Shown one piece after another: positions 10,150-19,970 of a stretch of 64,000 nucleotides of DNA. The position numbers and the translations under genes are program-made. Source of the DNA: Candidatus Hydrogenedens sp. (GTDB taxonomy: Bacteria; Hydrogenedentota; Hydrogenedentia; Hydrogenedentales; CAITNO01); the NCBI GenBank assembly GCA_012522755.1, contig JAAYJV010000050.1, positions 30,653 to 94,652 on the forward strand, written 5' to 3'. The notes below the pieces were generated by a model. That model searched no databases and was not told where the DNA came from. It saw only the letters and a list, made by a program, of their open reading frames with translations. Every line of letters begins with the position of its first letter. The first letter of the stretch is position 1.

Positions 10150-10797
10150 ATGGCGTATAAACAACATGTTGAATGTCTTCAGCAGGGTATTGAGGCCTGG
10201 AACAGCTGGCGACGGAAAACCACGAACAGCCGTCCGGATCTCAGTGGCATCAATCTGTCAGGGCTCAACCTGCGTCATCTGGAACTGCGTTATACAAATC
10301 TGAGTAATGCGAACCTTTCCAAGGCGAATTTGCGGGGACTCAATCTTACACAATGTAATTTTTTCGGTACGAATTTTACAGGAGCCAATCTTTCGGGGGC
10401 TATTCTTCATGGTGCCGAGTTGAGTCAGGCGGACTTTTTCAATGCCAATCTCCGGGATGCTTCCTTTGAAAATGCGACTTTGAATAATGTTGTTTTACGT
10501 GAAGTTGATTTGAGCGGCATGAATTTCAAAAATGCCAGTTTCTTCGGCTCCGATCTTACAAAGTGCGACTTTTCCGGATCCGATCTTTCCGGTGCTGTTC
10601 TTTCTTCCACAAAGCTGGATCTGGTCAATTTTTTTCATGCCAATCTGGAGCGGGCCAATATCATCGAGGCCAGTGTAAAGATGACCGTTTTCCGGGAAGC
10701 TATTCTGGACGGTGCCATTATTCAGGATACTGATATGCAGGAGGCCAATCTGACTTTCAAAGAGAAACTTCGCTTGCGTCTTCATGGAAAATTATAA
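10150..10797 (+). CDS. Pentapeptide-repeat protein
   Basis: About 30 tandem A(D/N)LxX pentapeptides are present ('ANLSKANLRGLNLTQCNFFGTNFTGANLSGAILHGAELSQADFFNANLRDASF...'). The track ORF 9856..10797 overlaps the upstream gene. The likely start is ATG 10150, preceded by 'GGGAG'. Confidence 0.6.
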   Translation: MAYKQHVECLQQGIEAWNSWRRKTTNSRPDLSGINLSGLNLRHLELRYTNLSNANLSKANLRGLNLTQCNFFGTNFTGANLSGAILHGAELSQADFFNANLRDASFENATLNNVVLREVDLSGMNFKNASFFGSDLTKCDFSGSDLSGAVLSSTKLDLVNFFHANLERANIIEASVKMTVFREAILDGAIIQDTDMQEANLTFKEKLRLRLHGKL

Positions 10798-10843
10798 TTC
10801 AATTCATGATCCTTTTTCCCAACCTTTTTTGGAGTGACTGTCT

Positions 10844-12130
10844 ATGAAACAGAATGATTCTTCTTCCTCTCAGGCCTTGACCCGCCGCACTTTCTTGCAG
10901 CATACGGCTGCAGCAGGAACCGTTGTCGCGGGTCTGTCAACAGGATTATCGAAGCGTGCCTTTGCGGCCAATGAGCGCCTGGGCATCGGCGTCATCGGTG
11001 CGGGAAACCGGGGAAACAGCCATCTGAACGCCTTGAAACATATTCAGGATGAGGACAAAAGCATTGAGCTGCGCGCTGTTTGTGATGTGTATCGTCCCCG
11101 GATGATGAAGACGGCGGAGCGCTTCGATATTCAGGGGTATATGAGTCATGAGGAGTTGCTGGCCGACCCTTCCATTGATCTGGTTACCATTGCCACGCCT
11201 GACCATATTCACGGGTATCAGGCTCTGGACGCCTTGCGGGCGGGAAAAGGCATTTACTGTGAAAAGCCTGTGACCCACTGGCGGCAATTTGAATTGACCA
11301 AGACTCTCGCGAAAGAAGTGGCCGCCTCGAAGGGCGTCTTCATGTGTGGCACCCAGGGCATGTCGGACACGGCCTGGCGTCAGATCGGCGCTTTTGTACG
11401 GGAGGGGATGATCGGTCAGCCCATTCATGCGGAATGCGGTTATTTCCGCGTGGGCGATTGGGGCGAGGCGGGCATGCCCATTGATGATCCGGAAGCACAG
11501 CCCGGCGCTGACCTCAACTGGGAGGCTTTTCTGGGTGATTCACCAAAAAGAGACTTTGATGTAAGCCGTTTTTTCCGCTGGCGCATGTACGAAGATTATG
11601 CCGGCGGCCCCTGTACGGATCTTTTCCCCCATATCCTCACGCCGGTCATGCATATGATGAATGCCGGCATGCCTTCCGTCGCTGTGGCCACAGGCGGAAA
11701 ATTCCGCTATGAGGAACGGGAAGTGCCGGATACTTTCAATATGCTCGTTGATTTTCCCGAGAATTTCACCGTTGCTGTTCTGGGTACGCAGGGCAACGAT
11801 TTTCAGGCAACGGAAAGCCGTGGTTCCGCATCCCGTATTCCCGTCATCCGAGGCTGGGACGGAGCGCTTACTGTTTCGGATGACAAGATTGTTTTCACGC
11901 CCGCCCATGGTTCCAACAAGGAAAAACAGATTTTTGACATTGACCGTGGCGAAAACATGCTTCATTTCTTCCGCGAGTTCATCGACTGTTACCGGAACGG
12001 CAATACGGACACGATCAGCAACATGGATCTGGCTTACAAGGTTCAGACTGCACTGATTATGGCATATCTCTCTTTGAAAGAAAGCAAGGTTGTGCGTTTT
12101 GATCCTGTTTCGGAAAGTATCATTCTTTAA
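10844..12130 (+). CDS. Gfo/Idh/MocA-family NAD(P)-dependent oxidoreductase with Tat signal peptide (glycoside 3-dehydrogenase-like)
   Basis: The N-terminus 'TRRTFLQHTAAAGTVVAGL' is a twin-arginine signal. The Rossmann motif 'IGVIGAGNRGNSH' and 'EKP' are present. RBS 'GGAG' precedes the start. Confidence 0.8.
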   Translation: MKQNDSSSSQALTRRTFLQHTAAAGTVVAGLSTGLSKRAFAANERLGIGVIGAGNRGNSHLNALKHIQDEDKSIELRAVCDVYRPRMMKTAERFDIQGYMSHEELLADPSIDLVTIATPDHIHGYQALDALRAGKGIYCEKPVTHWRQFELTKTLAKEVAASKGVFMCGTQGMSDTAWRQIGAFVREGMIGQPIHAECGYFRVGDWGEAGMPIDDPEAQPGADLNWEAFLGDSPKRDFDVSRFFRWRMYEDYAGGPCTDLFPHILTPVMHMMNAGMPSVAVATGGKFRYEEREVPDTFNMLVDFPENFTVAVLGTQGNDFQATESRGSASRIPVIRGWDGALTVSDDKIVFTPAHGSNKEKQIFDIDRGENMLHFFREFIDCYRNGNTDTISNMDLAYKVQTALIMAYLSLKESKVVRFDPVSESIIL

Positions 12131-12150
12131 GAGCGTATAAAACGAGTATT

Positions 12151-12205
12151 AAAAAAACTGCAGCAGCCGGATATGCCTTTATCTTCGGCTGCTGCAGTCG
12201 TTTTC
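12151..12205. terminator. Bidirectional rho-independent terminator between convergent genes
   Basis: A-run, then perfect 12-bp inverted repeat CTGCAGCAGCCG...CGGCTGCTGCAG (12158-12197) with a 16-nt loop, then T-run 'TCGTTTTCATT'. Confidence 0.6.
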
Positions 12206-12223
12206 ATTACCGGGGTTCAGAGA

Positions 12224-13489
12224 TTAAAGCTGCCAGGGCTGGCGATAAGCACGGCTTCTCAGTCTGTTGGCCTCTTCATCTCCGGGGAATTCTTCTTTCA
12301 CGGGATCCCAAGTTACGGAGCGTTTCAGTCTCACGGCAATATTGGCGCAATGACAGGCTGTAATGGATCTGTGGGAAGCTTCGGCCGTTGATTTCGTCGG
12401 CTGACGTGTTTTCACACTGTTGAGAAATTCACGGACGTGGTTGTCGGCGGGATAGCCTCCGGAAAAATGACGCCCTGTCACCAGAGAAGCGGGAGAACTT
12501 TCGAGGATGTTATCATCCCCTGTTTCCACCCAGCCTTCAGTCCCTTCAAAACGGACAGGACAGGACCCGAAGCGCAGGCCCGTGGTGATAATGAGCTTGG
12601 CGCCATTTGCATATTCCGCTTCCACGTCGCCCTGTTCATTCATGATTCTGTAATGGAGCGGCGAGGTGTCATCAGCATTCAAAGCCCACTGGCAAAGGTC
12701 AACGGTATGGGATCCCCACTCCGTGATGGAACCTCCGGAGAAATCACCGTGTCTTCTCCAGAAGCCTGTCGTATATTTTCGATTGTAAGGGCGCCAGGCA
12801 GCCGGACCGAGCCAGAGATCCCAGGCCATTTCTTCATAAGGCGGCTGCGGCTCTTCAGGAAGAACGCCGTAGGTCACCTCAGAAAGAGGCCAGGCTTTTT
12901 CCGCATAGACGGTGTGGATTTCGCCCAAAGCACCCGAAATGGCCAGATGGCGGGCGAGTACGAAGTTGCCCACATTGCGGCGCTGGGTTCCACATTGGAA
13001 AATACGGGCATTCTGGCGAACAGCATCGGCCACAGCCCTGCTTTCTGTAATGGTGACACTCAAGGGTTTTTCGCAATAGATGTCTTTTCCGGCACGGGCG
13101 GCAAGAACGGAAATAGGCGCATGGTTGTTGTCGCCTGTGGCGATCATGACCGCATCAATATCGGATCGGGCGAGCATTTCACGCACGTCAATATAGGTCA
13201 CACAATCCTGATTCCCGTAATGCTCGTCCACCATGGCTTTGGCTTTGGCGCGGCGCTCAGCGAAGACATCGCATACAGCAACCACCTTCACATCGGAATA
13301 CTGAAGAAAGGCGTTGAGGATATAACTTCCCCGGCCGCTGATTCCAACAGCACCCACGGTGATTTTATCGGAGGGATTCGCTTCGCCGAAGGCTCGAGGG
13401 ATGATGAGGGGCGAGGCCGCCACGGCACCCGCCGCTACAGTCGCCTGATGAAGAAAAGCCCGTCGCGTAAGATCTTTCTCAAGTTTCAT
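12224..13489 (-). CDS. Gfo/Idh/MocA-family oxidoreductase with Tat signal peptide
   Basis: 'LTRRAFLHQATVAAGAVAASPLIIPRAFG' is a Tat signal. 'VGAVGISGRGS' is the Rossmann motif. 'CEKP' is present. The product is 421 aa. Confidence 0.8.
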   Translation of the reverse strand: MKLEKDLTRRAFLHQATVAAGAVAASPLIIPRAFGEANPSDKITVGAVGISGRGSYILNAFLQYSDVKVVAVCDVFAERRAKAKAMVDEHYGNQDCVTYIDVREMLARSDIDAVMIATGDNNHAPISVLAARAGKDIYCEKPLSVTITESRAVADAVRQNARIFQCGTQRRNVGNFVLARHLAISGALGEIHTVYAEKAWPLSEVTYGVLPEEPQPPYEEMAWDLWLGPAAWRPYNRKYTTGFWRRHGDFSGGSITEWGSHTVDLCQWALNADDTSPLHYRIMNEQGDVEAEYANGAKLIITTGLRFGSCPVRFEGTEGWVETGDDNILESSPASLVTGRHFSGGYPADNHVREFLNSVKTRQPTKSTAEASHRSITACHCANIAVRLKRSVTWDPVKEEFPGDEEANRLRSRAYRQPWQL

Positions 13490-13532
13490 AATATCTATCC
13501 TTTATCTTCATTAGAGAAGAGACGCTCTGTCT

Positions 13533-16349
13533 TCAGTTGGAGACAGGCGCAAGTTTTTTGACTCTGATATCTTTCAACAGCACTTTCATGGGCGGTCCGT
13601 GGTGAATCTGGAAGGCGATGACGCCACTGCGTTTGGCCACAGAGGAGCGGTCCGTCACCTCGTGCATGGTATGACCGTTTACCCGGGAAACAAAGTGATC
13701 GCCCTGGGCCTTCACATGGTAGTCATTCCAGTCATGGGGACGGATATAATCACCAAGTGCTTTCTCTTCAGCAAAGCGTGTTGTTTCAATGCCATCATCG
13801 GTGACAATGGATTTTTCACCCCGGCGCGCCAGGAATTGGCGCAATCCTTCTTCATAACAAAGGCCTGTTACCCAGTCTTCGTTGGAAATATCAGCCTGAT
13901 AGCCCCGCACCCTGTAGGGGATGTCGGAAAAGACTTCTGAGCGTATCTGGATGCCTGAATTGGCCCACTCACTGTCGATGCGGTATTTGAACATGATTTC
14001 AAAGTCAGCCAGTTCTTCCACATCCCAGATAAGGAAGGTATTGTGCACCGGGATATTGCCTTCCTTTGTTTCCAGAACAATGCACCCGTCTTCCACACGG
14101 ACGTACTGGGGATCTCCTGACCAGCCTGTGAGGGTTTCACCATCAAAGATGGAGACGAAGGATCCGGCGGCTATGGGCGCAGGCTTGAAGGTTGACATAA
14201 CCTCTTCAAAGGCTTCTTCGCCAATCTTCGCTTTGATCTTTTCAAGAGCAATGGCCACTTCCGCCTGAAGAGCGGGATCTCTGTCCATTTCTTTGATGAG
14301 AGCTATGGCCTCGGCACTACCGGTTTCACCCAGTCCGGAAAGGAGCATAGTCCGTTGTGCAATGCCTTGTGCAAGTTCCGAGAGGGACGCATAGTGTGCC
14401 AGAGCCTTATCAGCGGTGAGATCTCCCTGACGGAGCAGACGGATGGCACCCCGGAAGGCTGCATTCTTATGGGCGGGATCTTCCACAGCAGCTGTCACGG
14501 ATACCAGCGTGTCCAGAGCCTGTCCATGAGGCCAGGCGGAAATCGCACGTATGGCTCCATCAACAACGACGGCATCACTGTGATCCAGATAGGCTTTCAC
14601 CAGATCAAAGGTTGCGGAATCACCGAGACGTCCGAAAATTCTCAGGAAAGACACCGTGGCCTCAGCGGAACAGCCGCCTGCAAGATTCGCCTGCAACAGT
14701 TCGTTTATGGAGGCCGGGATGGTCTCGCTGACCAGTTTCAGGGTGGTACCTTCCAGAGCCGTTTTTTCACGAACAACTCCCTGATCAGTATATTCAACAT
14801 GGAGTTTTTTGACCACCTGCGGAGCCGGGTCGCCGAACTCGCTGTTGAGAGCTCCGAAAGACAAGGTTCCTGCTTCTACTTTCTCACGGATTTTGTCGCT
14901 TACATCGACATGATTACCTTCGGGCCAATCACCATAACGGGCCTGAAGAATAACGATATCGGCCTGATCTTCCTGCGCTTTTCTGCAGAGGGTGACAACA
15001 GCATTTTCCGCCTGAGCACGACCTTCATCGCCCGTCATGACGGCGAGAAGTCCCAGAATGGCCGGAAGCTGCTCCGGCCCGGCAAGTTGACTCAAAGCCT
15101 GGAATGCCGCTCCACTGCAACCGGGAATCATCCCGTGGGCCAGAAGCACAGCGATGGCTTCTTCGGCATCGCGCTGTGCGAGAGCATCTATCATTTCCGG
15201 ACGTGCCGTAAGGGGCGCGCTGAGAAGTGCCGTCATGAGAACATCATTCACGTCGTCGCCTTTCAGACGGCGCAGCGTTTCCACAACGGCATTCTTTTCT
15301 GTCCGGCTGTCGGAACGGGTCAGAAGTTCGATCAATACGCAAATGGAGTTGCTGGTACCATGCAGGGGCAAGGCTTTGAGGGCCGCAAGTCGCACAGCCT
15401 CATCGGGGTTGCTGAGCAATTCATGGAGAACCCCTTCTTCCAGGCCTTCCTCCCGTTGTGCGAGTACGTCAATGAGAAGGGCCTGCACATCACTCTCCAG
15501 TGAAGATAACTGCGCCAGAAGACGGTCGGCAAGATCTTTGCCGGGAAGGGTCATGACAGCGGCCACGGCCACGGAACGCATATACAGATCCTTCGAAAAA
15601 ATCATATCGAGAATATGGTCGGGTGCCTGGGCCGCATCCAGAGCCAGAATGCGCATGAAGGCTCCGGCACGGATATGGTCGGGCCAGGAGTTTTTCAGAA
15701 GAGACTCATAAGCGCCCCGGGCCGCACCTTTTGCCAGAGAATCATCTTCCAGAGCGATCAACAACGCTTCGGCGGCAACTGCCGCCCGTTCTTTATTATC
15801 ATTTCCCAGCTGTTTTCTCAAGGCGGCCACAGCTCCTTCGCCGGAGATCTTTCCCAGAGCAATGAGGGCGGCCCGGGCCAGCATTTCATTCTCTCCTCCA
15901 GCCAGCTTGTCGAGGAGTGTCACGGCCTCCTGATCTTTGCGAACGGCAAGGGAGGAGATAACTCCGACGGCATCTTCCGCCGAAACCTGGCCCAGAGCGC
16001 TTCGCAGGGCAAGGCCGGCCTCCGCACCGGGGATATTTTCCAGCGCAATGCGCGCCAGGTGTGACTGGCCGGGCTCCAGGAGCAGTTCAGACAATGCCGG
16101 CACACTTTTCTCCGTGCCGACAACAGCCAGATTGCGTGCGGCACGGTACATTTCCGTCCATTCCCCTCTTTTCTGAAGGAGGGCAATGCTTTCCTGCTCC
16201 AGCGCGGTTTTGGCTGAAGCCTCTTTACCAACAGCGGCGATGTCCTGATCCAACTCCATGTCCGGAACATCATCTTGCTGAGCACTTACCAGCGGCATGC
16301 TCCAGGCACAGAGCAGGAGGGCCAGAGAAAGCAGTTTGAGAAATCGCAT
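13533..16349 (-). CDS. Secreted 938-aa protein with an N-terminal HEAT/PBS-lyase-like repeat array (~700 aa) fused to a C-terminal DUF1080 (3-keto-disaccharide hydrolase / LamG-like) domain
   Basis: Signal peptide 'MRFLKLLSLALLLCAWSMPLVSAQQ' at the N-terminus. Many repeats of the form 'D..VR..A..AL' follow. The C-terminus 'IFDGETLTGWSGDPQYVRVEDGCIVLE...GIQIRSE...GVIAFQIHHGPPMKVLLKDIRVKKL' is the typical DUF1080 jelly-roll. Confidence 0.7.
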   Translation of the reverse strand: MRFLKLLSLALLLCAWSMPLVSAQQDDVPDMELDQDIAAVGKEASAKTALEQESIALLQKRGEWTEMYRAARNLAVVGTEKSVPALSELLLEPGQSHLARIALENIPGAEAGLALRSALGQVSAEDAVGVISSLAVRKDQEAVTLLDKLAGGENEMLARAALIALGKISGEGAVAALRKQLGNDNKERAAVAAEALLIALEDDSLAKGAARGAYESLLKNSWPDHIRAGAFMRILALDAAQAPDHILDMIFSKDLYMRSVAVAAVMTLPGKDLADRLLAQLSSLESDVQALLIDVLAQREEGLEEGVLHELLSNPDEAVRLAALKALPLHGTSNSICVLIELLTRSDSRTEKNAVVETLRRLKGDDVNDVLMTALLSAPLTARPEMIDALAQRDAEEAIAVLLAHGMIPGCSGAAFQALSQLAGPEQLPAILGLLAVMTGDEGRAQAENAVVTLCRKAQEDQADIVILQARYGDWPEGNHVDVSDKIREKVEAGTLSFGALNSEFGDPAPQVVKKLHVEYTDQGVVREKTALEGTTLKLVSETIPASINELLQANLAGGCSAEATVSFLRIFGRLGDSATFDLVKAYLDHSDAVVVDGAIRAISAWPHGQALDTLVSVTAAVEDPAHKNAAFRGAIRLLRQGDLTADKALAHYASLSELAQGIAQRTMLLSGLGETGSAEAIALIKEMDRDPALQAEVAIALEKIKAKIGEEAFEEVMSTFKPAPIAAGSFVSIFDGETLTGWSGDPQYVRVEDGCIVLETKEGNIPVHNTFLIWDVEELADFEIMFKYRIDSEWANSGIQIRSEVFSDIPYRVRGYQADISNEDWVTGLCYEEGLRQFLARRGEKSIVTDDGIETTRFAEEKALGDYIRPHDWNDYHVKAQGDHFVSRVNGHTMHEVTDRSSVAKRSGVIAFQIHHGPPMKVLLKDIRVKKLAPVSN

Positions 16350-16446
16350 AAGAAAAACCTTTCTAGCGGAACATAGAATACAGTTGAAGAAGGCTCAGCC
16401 CGGAAGCATTACAAGCTTCCAGGCTGAACAAAGAATTTTCAGAGAA

Positions 16447-17586
16447 TCAGACTTTCATCCAGGCTTCGTTTGCGGCACTGTTGAGAACAGCTTCGCAGAC
16501 CTTTTGCGTTTCAACGGCTTCCCGGAAGGTGGGACTGCAGGGCTCATTCTTTTCCAGCGATGCCATGAAGTCGGCTGCCTGATGGACAAAGGAATGTTCA
16601 TAACCGATTTGAAGACCGGGAACCCACCAGCGCCCCATATAGGGATGATCACCGCCGTGGTCACTCACATGGATGGTTCGCCAACCACGGAGGGCACCCT
16701 GATCCGCTTTATCAAAAAATTCCAAACGGTGCAGATCATGGAGATCCCAGCGGATGGAGGCGTTGGCGCCATTGATCTCAAAGGTATAGAGCGCCTTGTG
16801 ACCGCAGGCATAACGGCTGGATTCAAAGAGTCCCAGTGATCCATTGTCAAAGCGGCAAAGGAATGCACAGGCATCATCAATGCCCACAGGAGTCAATTCA
16901 CCCGTTTCCACATGAACACGTTCTTTGACAAAGGTTTCGCTCATGCCGCTCACCTGACTTATGGAACCGTTCAGCCAGAGCGCCGTGTCGATGCAGTGGG
17001 CAAGCAGATCGCCCGTGACACCGGATCCGGCCTCGTCAATGGCAAGCCGCCAGTTGGATGCACCGCCCTGGGGCACCTCTTCAGAAATGCACCAGTCCTG
17101 AAGGAAATTGGCGCGGTAATGATAGATGCGTCCCAGTTTTCCGGATTCGATGATCTGTTTGGCAAGCATGACGGCGGGCACCCGGCGATAGTTGTACCAT
17201 ACCGTATTGGCAACACCGACTTTTTCCACCGCATCGGCCATCTCAATGCCGTCAGCCGTATTCATGGCAAGCGGTTTTTCACAGAGCACCATTTTTCCGT
17301 GAGCCGCTGCGGCCAGGGCAATTTCTTTATGCCGATCGTTGGGCGCACAAATATCCACAGCGTCGATATCATCGCGTTCAAGCAGTTTGCGCCAGTCCGT
17401 TTCTGTGGAGGCATAGCCCCATTGTGCGGCGAAAGCATCCACTTTCTCCTGATTCCTCCCGCAAGCCGCCTGCAATACGGGCTTGTACTTGAGTTCGGGA
17501 AAAAAGTCCGGGACCCGTTTGAAAGCATTCGTGTGGGCCCGACCCATAAATCCATAACCGATCATACCCAGTCTCATTTGTGTCAT
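16447..17586 (-). CDS. Gfo/Idh/MocA-family oxidoreductase (cytoplasmic; no signal peptide)
   Basis: '[22 protein letters not shown]' is the Rossmann motif. 'CEKP' is present. The start is ATG 17586 with RBS 'GGAAAGG'. The track's 17658 start is upstream of the RBS. Confidence 0.8.
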   Translation of the reverse strand: MTQMRLGMIGYGFMGRAHTNAFKRVPDFFPELKYKPVLQAACGRNQEKVDAFAAQWGYASTETDWRKLLERDDIDAVDICAPNDRHKEIALAAAAHGKMVLCEKPLAMNTADGIEMADAVEKVGVANTVWYNYRRVPAVMLAKQIIESGKLGRIYHYRANFLQDWCISEEVPQGGASNWRLAIDEAGSGVTGDLLAHCIDTALWLNGSISQVSGMSETFVKERVHVETGELTPVGIDDACAFLCRFDNGSLGLFESSRYACGHKALYTFEINGANASIRWDLHDLHRLEFFDKADQGALRGWRTIHVSDHGGDHPYMGRWWVPGLQIGYEHSFVHQAADFMASLEKNEPCSPTFREAVETQKVCEAVLNSAANEAWMKV

Positions 17587-17635
17587 TGTAAAACCTTTCC
17601 AAAAAATACCCGTTTGAGGGATTCTGTACTGTTGT

Positions 17636-18688
17636 TTATTCTTTCCAGCCGTGCGCATTGCGCACGTCGATCATGGACGCGAGAATGCTGTTCCAGGTTT
17701 CCGGCTTCAACAGGGTTTCATTGGGGAACATGCATCCGTCCCAGCAGAGATGACGGATGGTCTGCGTCAATTGGCCTTCACTGTCGCGCAGCCAGAAACC
17801 GGCATATTTGACAATGTCCAGCTTTCCATTGGGATCTTCAGGCAGACAATGTCTTCCCGTCTTGTCGTGTGTACCGGAACCGAAGACCGTGCCGTCGTTC
17901 TGGGCCACATGGAAATCCAGGGTCCAGGGGCGCAGGGCGTCACTCAACTTTTTATAGGCTGCATCGAAGGCGGCTTCATCGTCCCACTGGTAATCGAGGG
18001 GAAGCAGCGCATCTTCAGGGGCATTGGTGCCCAGCAGATACAGAAGCGTATGGGCCATGTCCGCCTGAAAACCGAAGACGCCTTTGCGGTCTACCATTTC
18101 CAGCAATTCGACCATGCGCCGCCAGCTGTGCATACCGCCCCAGCATACTTCCCCTTCCGCAACGAGGATCTCGCCGAAATCAGCGGCAATATCAGCGGCC
18201 TCTCTGAAGGTCTGAGCGATCTTTTTCTGATTCGCATCCGGGTCAGCGGCCCAGTCGGCCACGGAAACAGCGGAGTCGATACGGATGCCACCGTCGGGGC
18301 GGATTCCGATTTCTCTGAGCTGTTTACCGATGGCACAGGCTTTGGCCACCTGTTCCAGAAAACGGGGACGGCCTGTTTCTTCGTCCATGGCGGAGCCGCC
18401 ACCGGCATCCACCCAAACGGGGGCAACCATCGTAGCGATTTTCAGACCATAGCCTTGAACTTTGTCGGCCAGAGCCTGAACACCGTCGGCATCAATATCG
18501 ATGCTGATATGGGGATCGGCCAGGAAGAGATCAATACCGTCAAATTTCACACCGTCCACCTCGGCGGCGGCTGTGAGTTTCAGCATCGTATCCAGATCAA
18601 TGGGAGGCTCACTGTCTCCTCCCTTGCCCACAAGACCGGGCCAGGCGGCATTATGCAATTTAGGAAAATTGTTGATAGCATTTGTCAT
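17636..18688 (-). CDS. Sugar phosphate isomerase/epimerase (xylose-isomerase-like TIM barrel)
   Basis: The 350-aa product follows the AP-endonuclease-2 / xylose-isomerase-like TIM-barrel pattern ('KFDGIDLFL', '[11 protein letters not shown]'). It is adjacent to Gfo/Idh/MocA genes. Confidence 0.75.
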   Translation of the reverse strand: MTNAINNFPKLHNAAWPGLVGKGGDSEPPIDLDTMLKLTAAAEVDGVKFDGIDLFLADPHISIDIDADGVQALADKVQGYGLKIATMVAPVWVDAGGGSAMDEETGRPRFLEQVAKACAIGKQLREIGIRPDGGIRIDSAVSVADWAADPDANQKKIAQTFREAADIAADFGEILVAEGEVCWGGMHSWRRMVELLEMVDRKGVFGFQADMAHTLLYLLGTNAPEDALLPLDYQWDDEAAFDAAYKKLSDALRPWTLDFHVAQNDGTVFGSGTHDKTGRHCLPEDPNGKLDIVKYAGFWLRDSEGQLTQTIRHLCWDGCMFPNETLLKPETWNSILASMIDVRNAHGWKE

Positions 18689-18713
18689 GAAATTTTTCTC
18701 CTCTCAGCTGTGA

Positions 18714-19937
18714 TTAATCCAGAGGCACAGGCATGTTGTCATGGGCATCAGGACCGAAATGTTTCAAAATCACGATGGGATCGGATTTGCTGGGGTTGGT
18801 GATGGTAATGCCTTCGCAGGCCGCTTGTTCAGACACGAAATATTCATCATAGGTCAACTGGCCATAACGGATCAGGGCCGGAGATTCAATGTCCCACACG
18901 CCCATCGTGCCATGACCCTGAATCACATACATACCGTAGGCACCGCCATCTTTAATGGTTACCGTCGCTCCGGGAAGCACCGTCAGTTCTTTGGCACTGA
19001 AATCTTTGGAGAGATAGCAGATCCAGTTTTCCTGATAGCCCGCCGCACGCATTTCTTCAGGATCGTCCACAGGCTTGGGACTCATGAAATGCTTCTGTCT
19101 GAACAGAGGATCCGTATTCTGTTCCCAGTCAATGACTTCAAGCAGATAATCATGGTTACCCACTTCCTCTTCAGGAGAATCTTTCCAGAGCAGTTCCTCA
19201 GACAGAACCTGATCATGGACAACTGATTCGTACATGGCGAATACGTCAGAGGCTTTCTGGGGCTCGTAAGTGCAGAGACTGCCGGGAGCATGAAGAACGC
19301 CCGGCGGCACATTCCAGCCTGTGCCGGGAGTGAGCACGTAGGCCGCCGAAAGATCGGTGATACGGTTGTCGCCTTTGGTGAAAGCACGCAGAGCGTCCAG
19401 TACTTCTTCCTTGGTTACGCCGGGAGCCAGCCCAAAGAAGGTATAGGGGAAATCGCCGCCGTGATTATTCAACTGAGGCGGGAAATAATAGGCTTCCGGC
19501 TTGCCAAAAGCACCAACCCGGGAAGCATGACTGTCATCATGATGAATATGGAAAGGGAGGGCGCCTTGATTGTCAAAGAATTTGGAGTACATGGGCCAGG
19601 CCCGATATTTATCCCAGAGCTTTCCGATGATGGCGTCCTGGAGCTCTTCAATGGCATCACGAAGCAGAAAGAGTTCTGTCTTGCCGCCGTCTTCAAAAGC
19701 AATATGACTCAGCCCTTCATTCTTGCTCGTGAGCGGGCCGTTATCGGCTGGAGTTGTGGAAGAAAACCAGCGTTCATCAATACCGCCTCTTTCACCTCCC
19801 AGAGCGTAATAATCGTCAGGATGCAGTTTGATCCGTTTTCCCGGTACACAAAAAACACGGGGCACCCAGGTGGGAGTCAGACGAAGAACGCCTTTGCCCT
19901 GTTCCATGGCTCTTTCTGCGATGGCTTTGATTGACAT
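18714..19937 (-). CDS. Hypothetical 407-aa protein, possibly a cupin-type sugar isomerase (His cluster 'PFHIHHDDSHAS')
   Basis: A long ORF with RBS 'AAGGAG' 7 nt before the start. It is co-directional with, and 25 nt downstream of, the TIM-barrel isomerase. I do not recognise the family with confidence. Confidence 0.45.
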   Translation of the reverse strand: MSIKAIAERAMEQGKGVLRLTPTWVPRVFCVPGKRIKLHPDDYYALGGERGGIDERWFSSTTPADNGPLTSKNEGLSHIAFEDGGKTELFLLRDAIEELQDAIIGKLWDKYRAWPMYSKFFDNQGALPFHIHHDDSHASRVGAFGKPEAYYFPPQLNNHGGDFPYTFFGLAPGVTKEEVLDALRAFTKGDNRITDLSAAYVLTPGTGWNVPPGVLHAPGSLCTYEPQKASDVFAMYESVVHDQVLSEELLWKDSPEEEVGNHDYLLEVIDWEQNTDPLFRQKHFMSPKPVDDPEEMRAAGYQENWICYLSKDFSAKELTVLPGATVTIKDGGAYGMYVIQGHGTMGVWDIESPALIRYGQLTYDEYFVSEQAACEGITITNPSKSDPIVILKHFGPDAHDNMPVPLD

Positions 19938-19957
19938 GTCCTAGCTCCTTATTATTT

Positions 19958-19970
19958 GTTGTCGGACAAC
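19958..19970. promoter_or_regulatory. Palindrome GTTGTC-g-GACAAC just upstream of the RBS of the 18714..19937 gene (candidate operator)
   Basis: Perfect 6+6 inverted repeat with a 1-nt spacer, 21-33 nt upstream of the start codon. Confidence 0.2.

Noticed and set aside
12437-13561. 374-aa + strand ORF
   Set aside because: It is fully antisense to the Gfo/Idh/MocA gene 12224..13489. It has Gly/Arg/Ser-rich shadow-frame composition typical of high-GC DNA and no recognisable motifs.
14355-15711. 382-aa and 185-aa + strand ORFs
   Set aside because: They are antisense shadows of the 938-aa HEAT-DUF1080 gene and have low-complexity R/S/A-rich translations.
17651-18802. 383-aa + strand ORF
   Set aside because: It is antisense to the sugar-phosphate isomerase gene and to the start of the neighbouring gene. 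It has no motifs.
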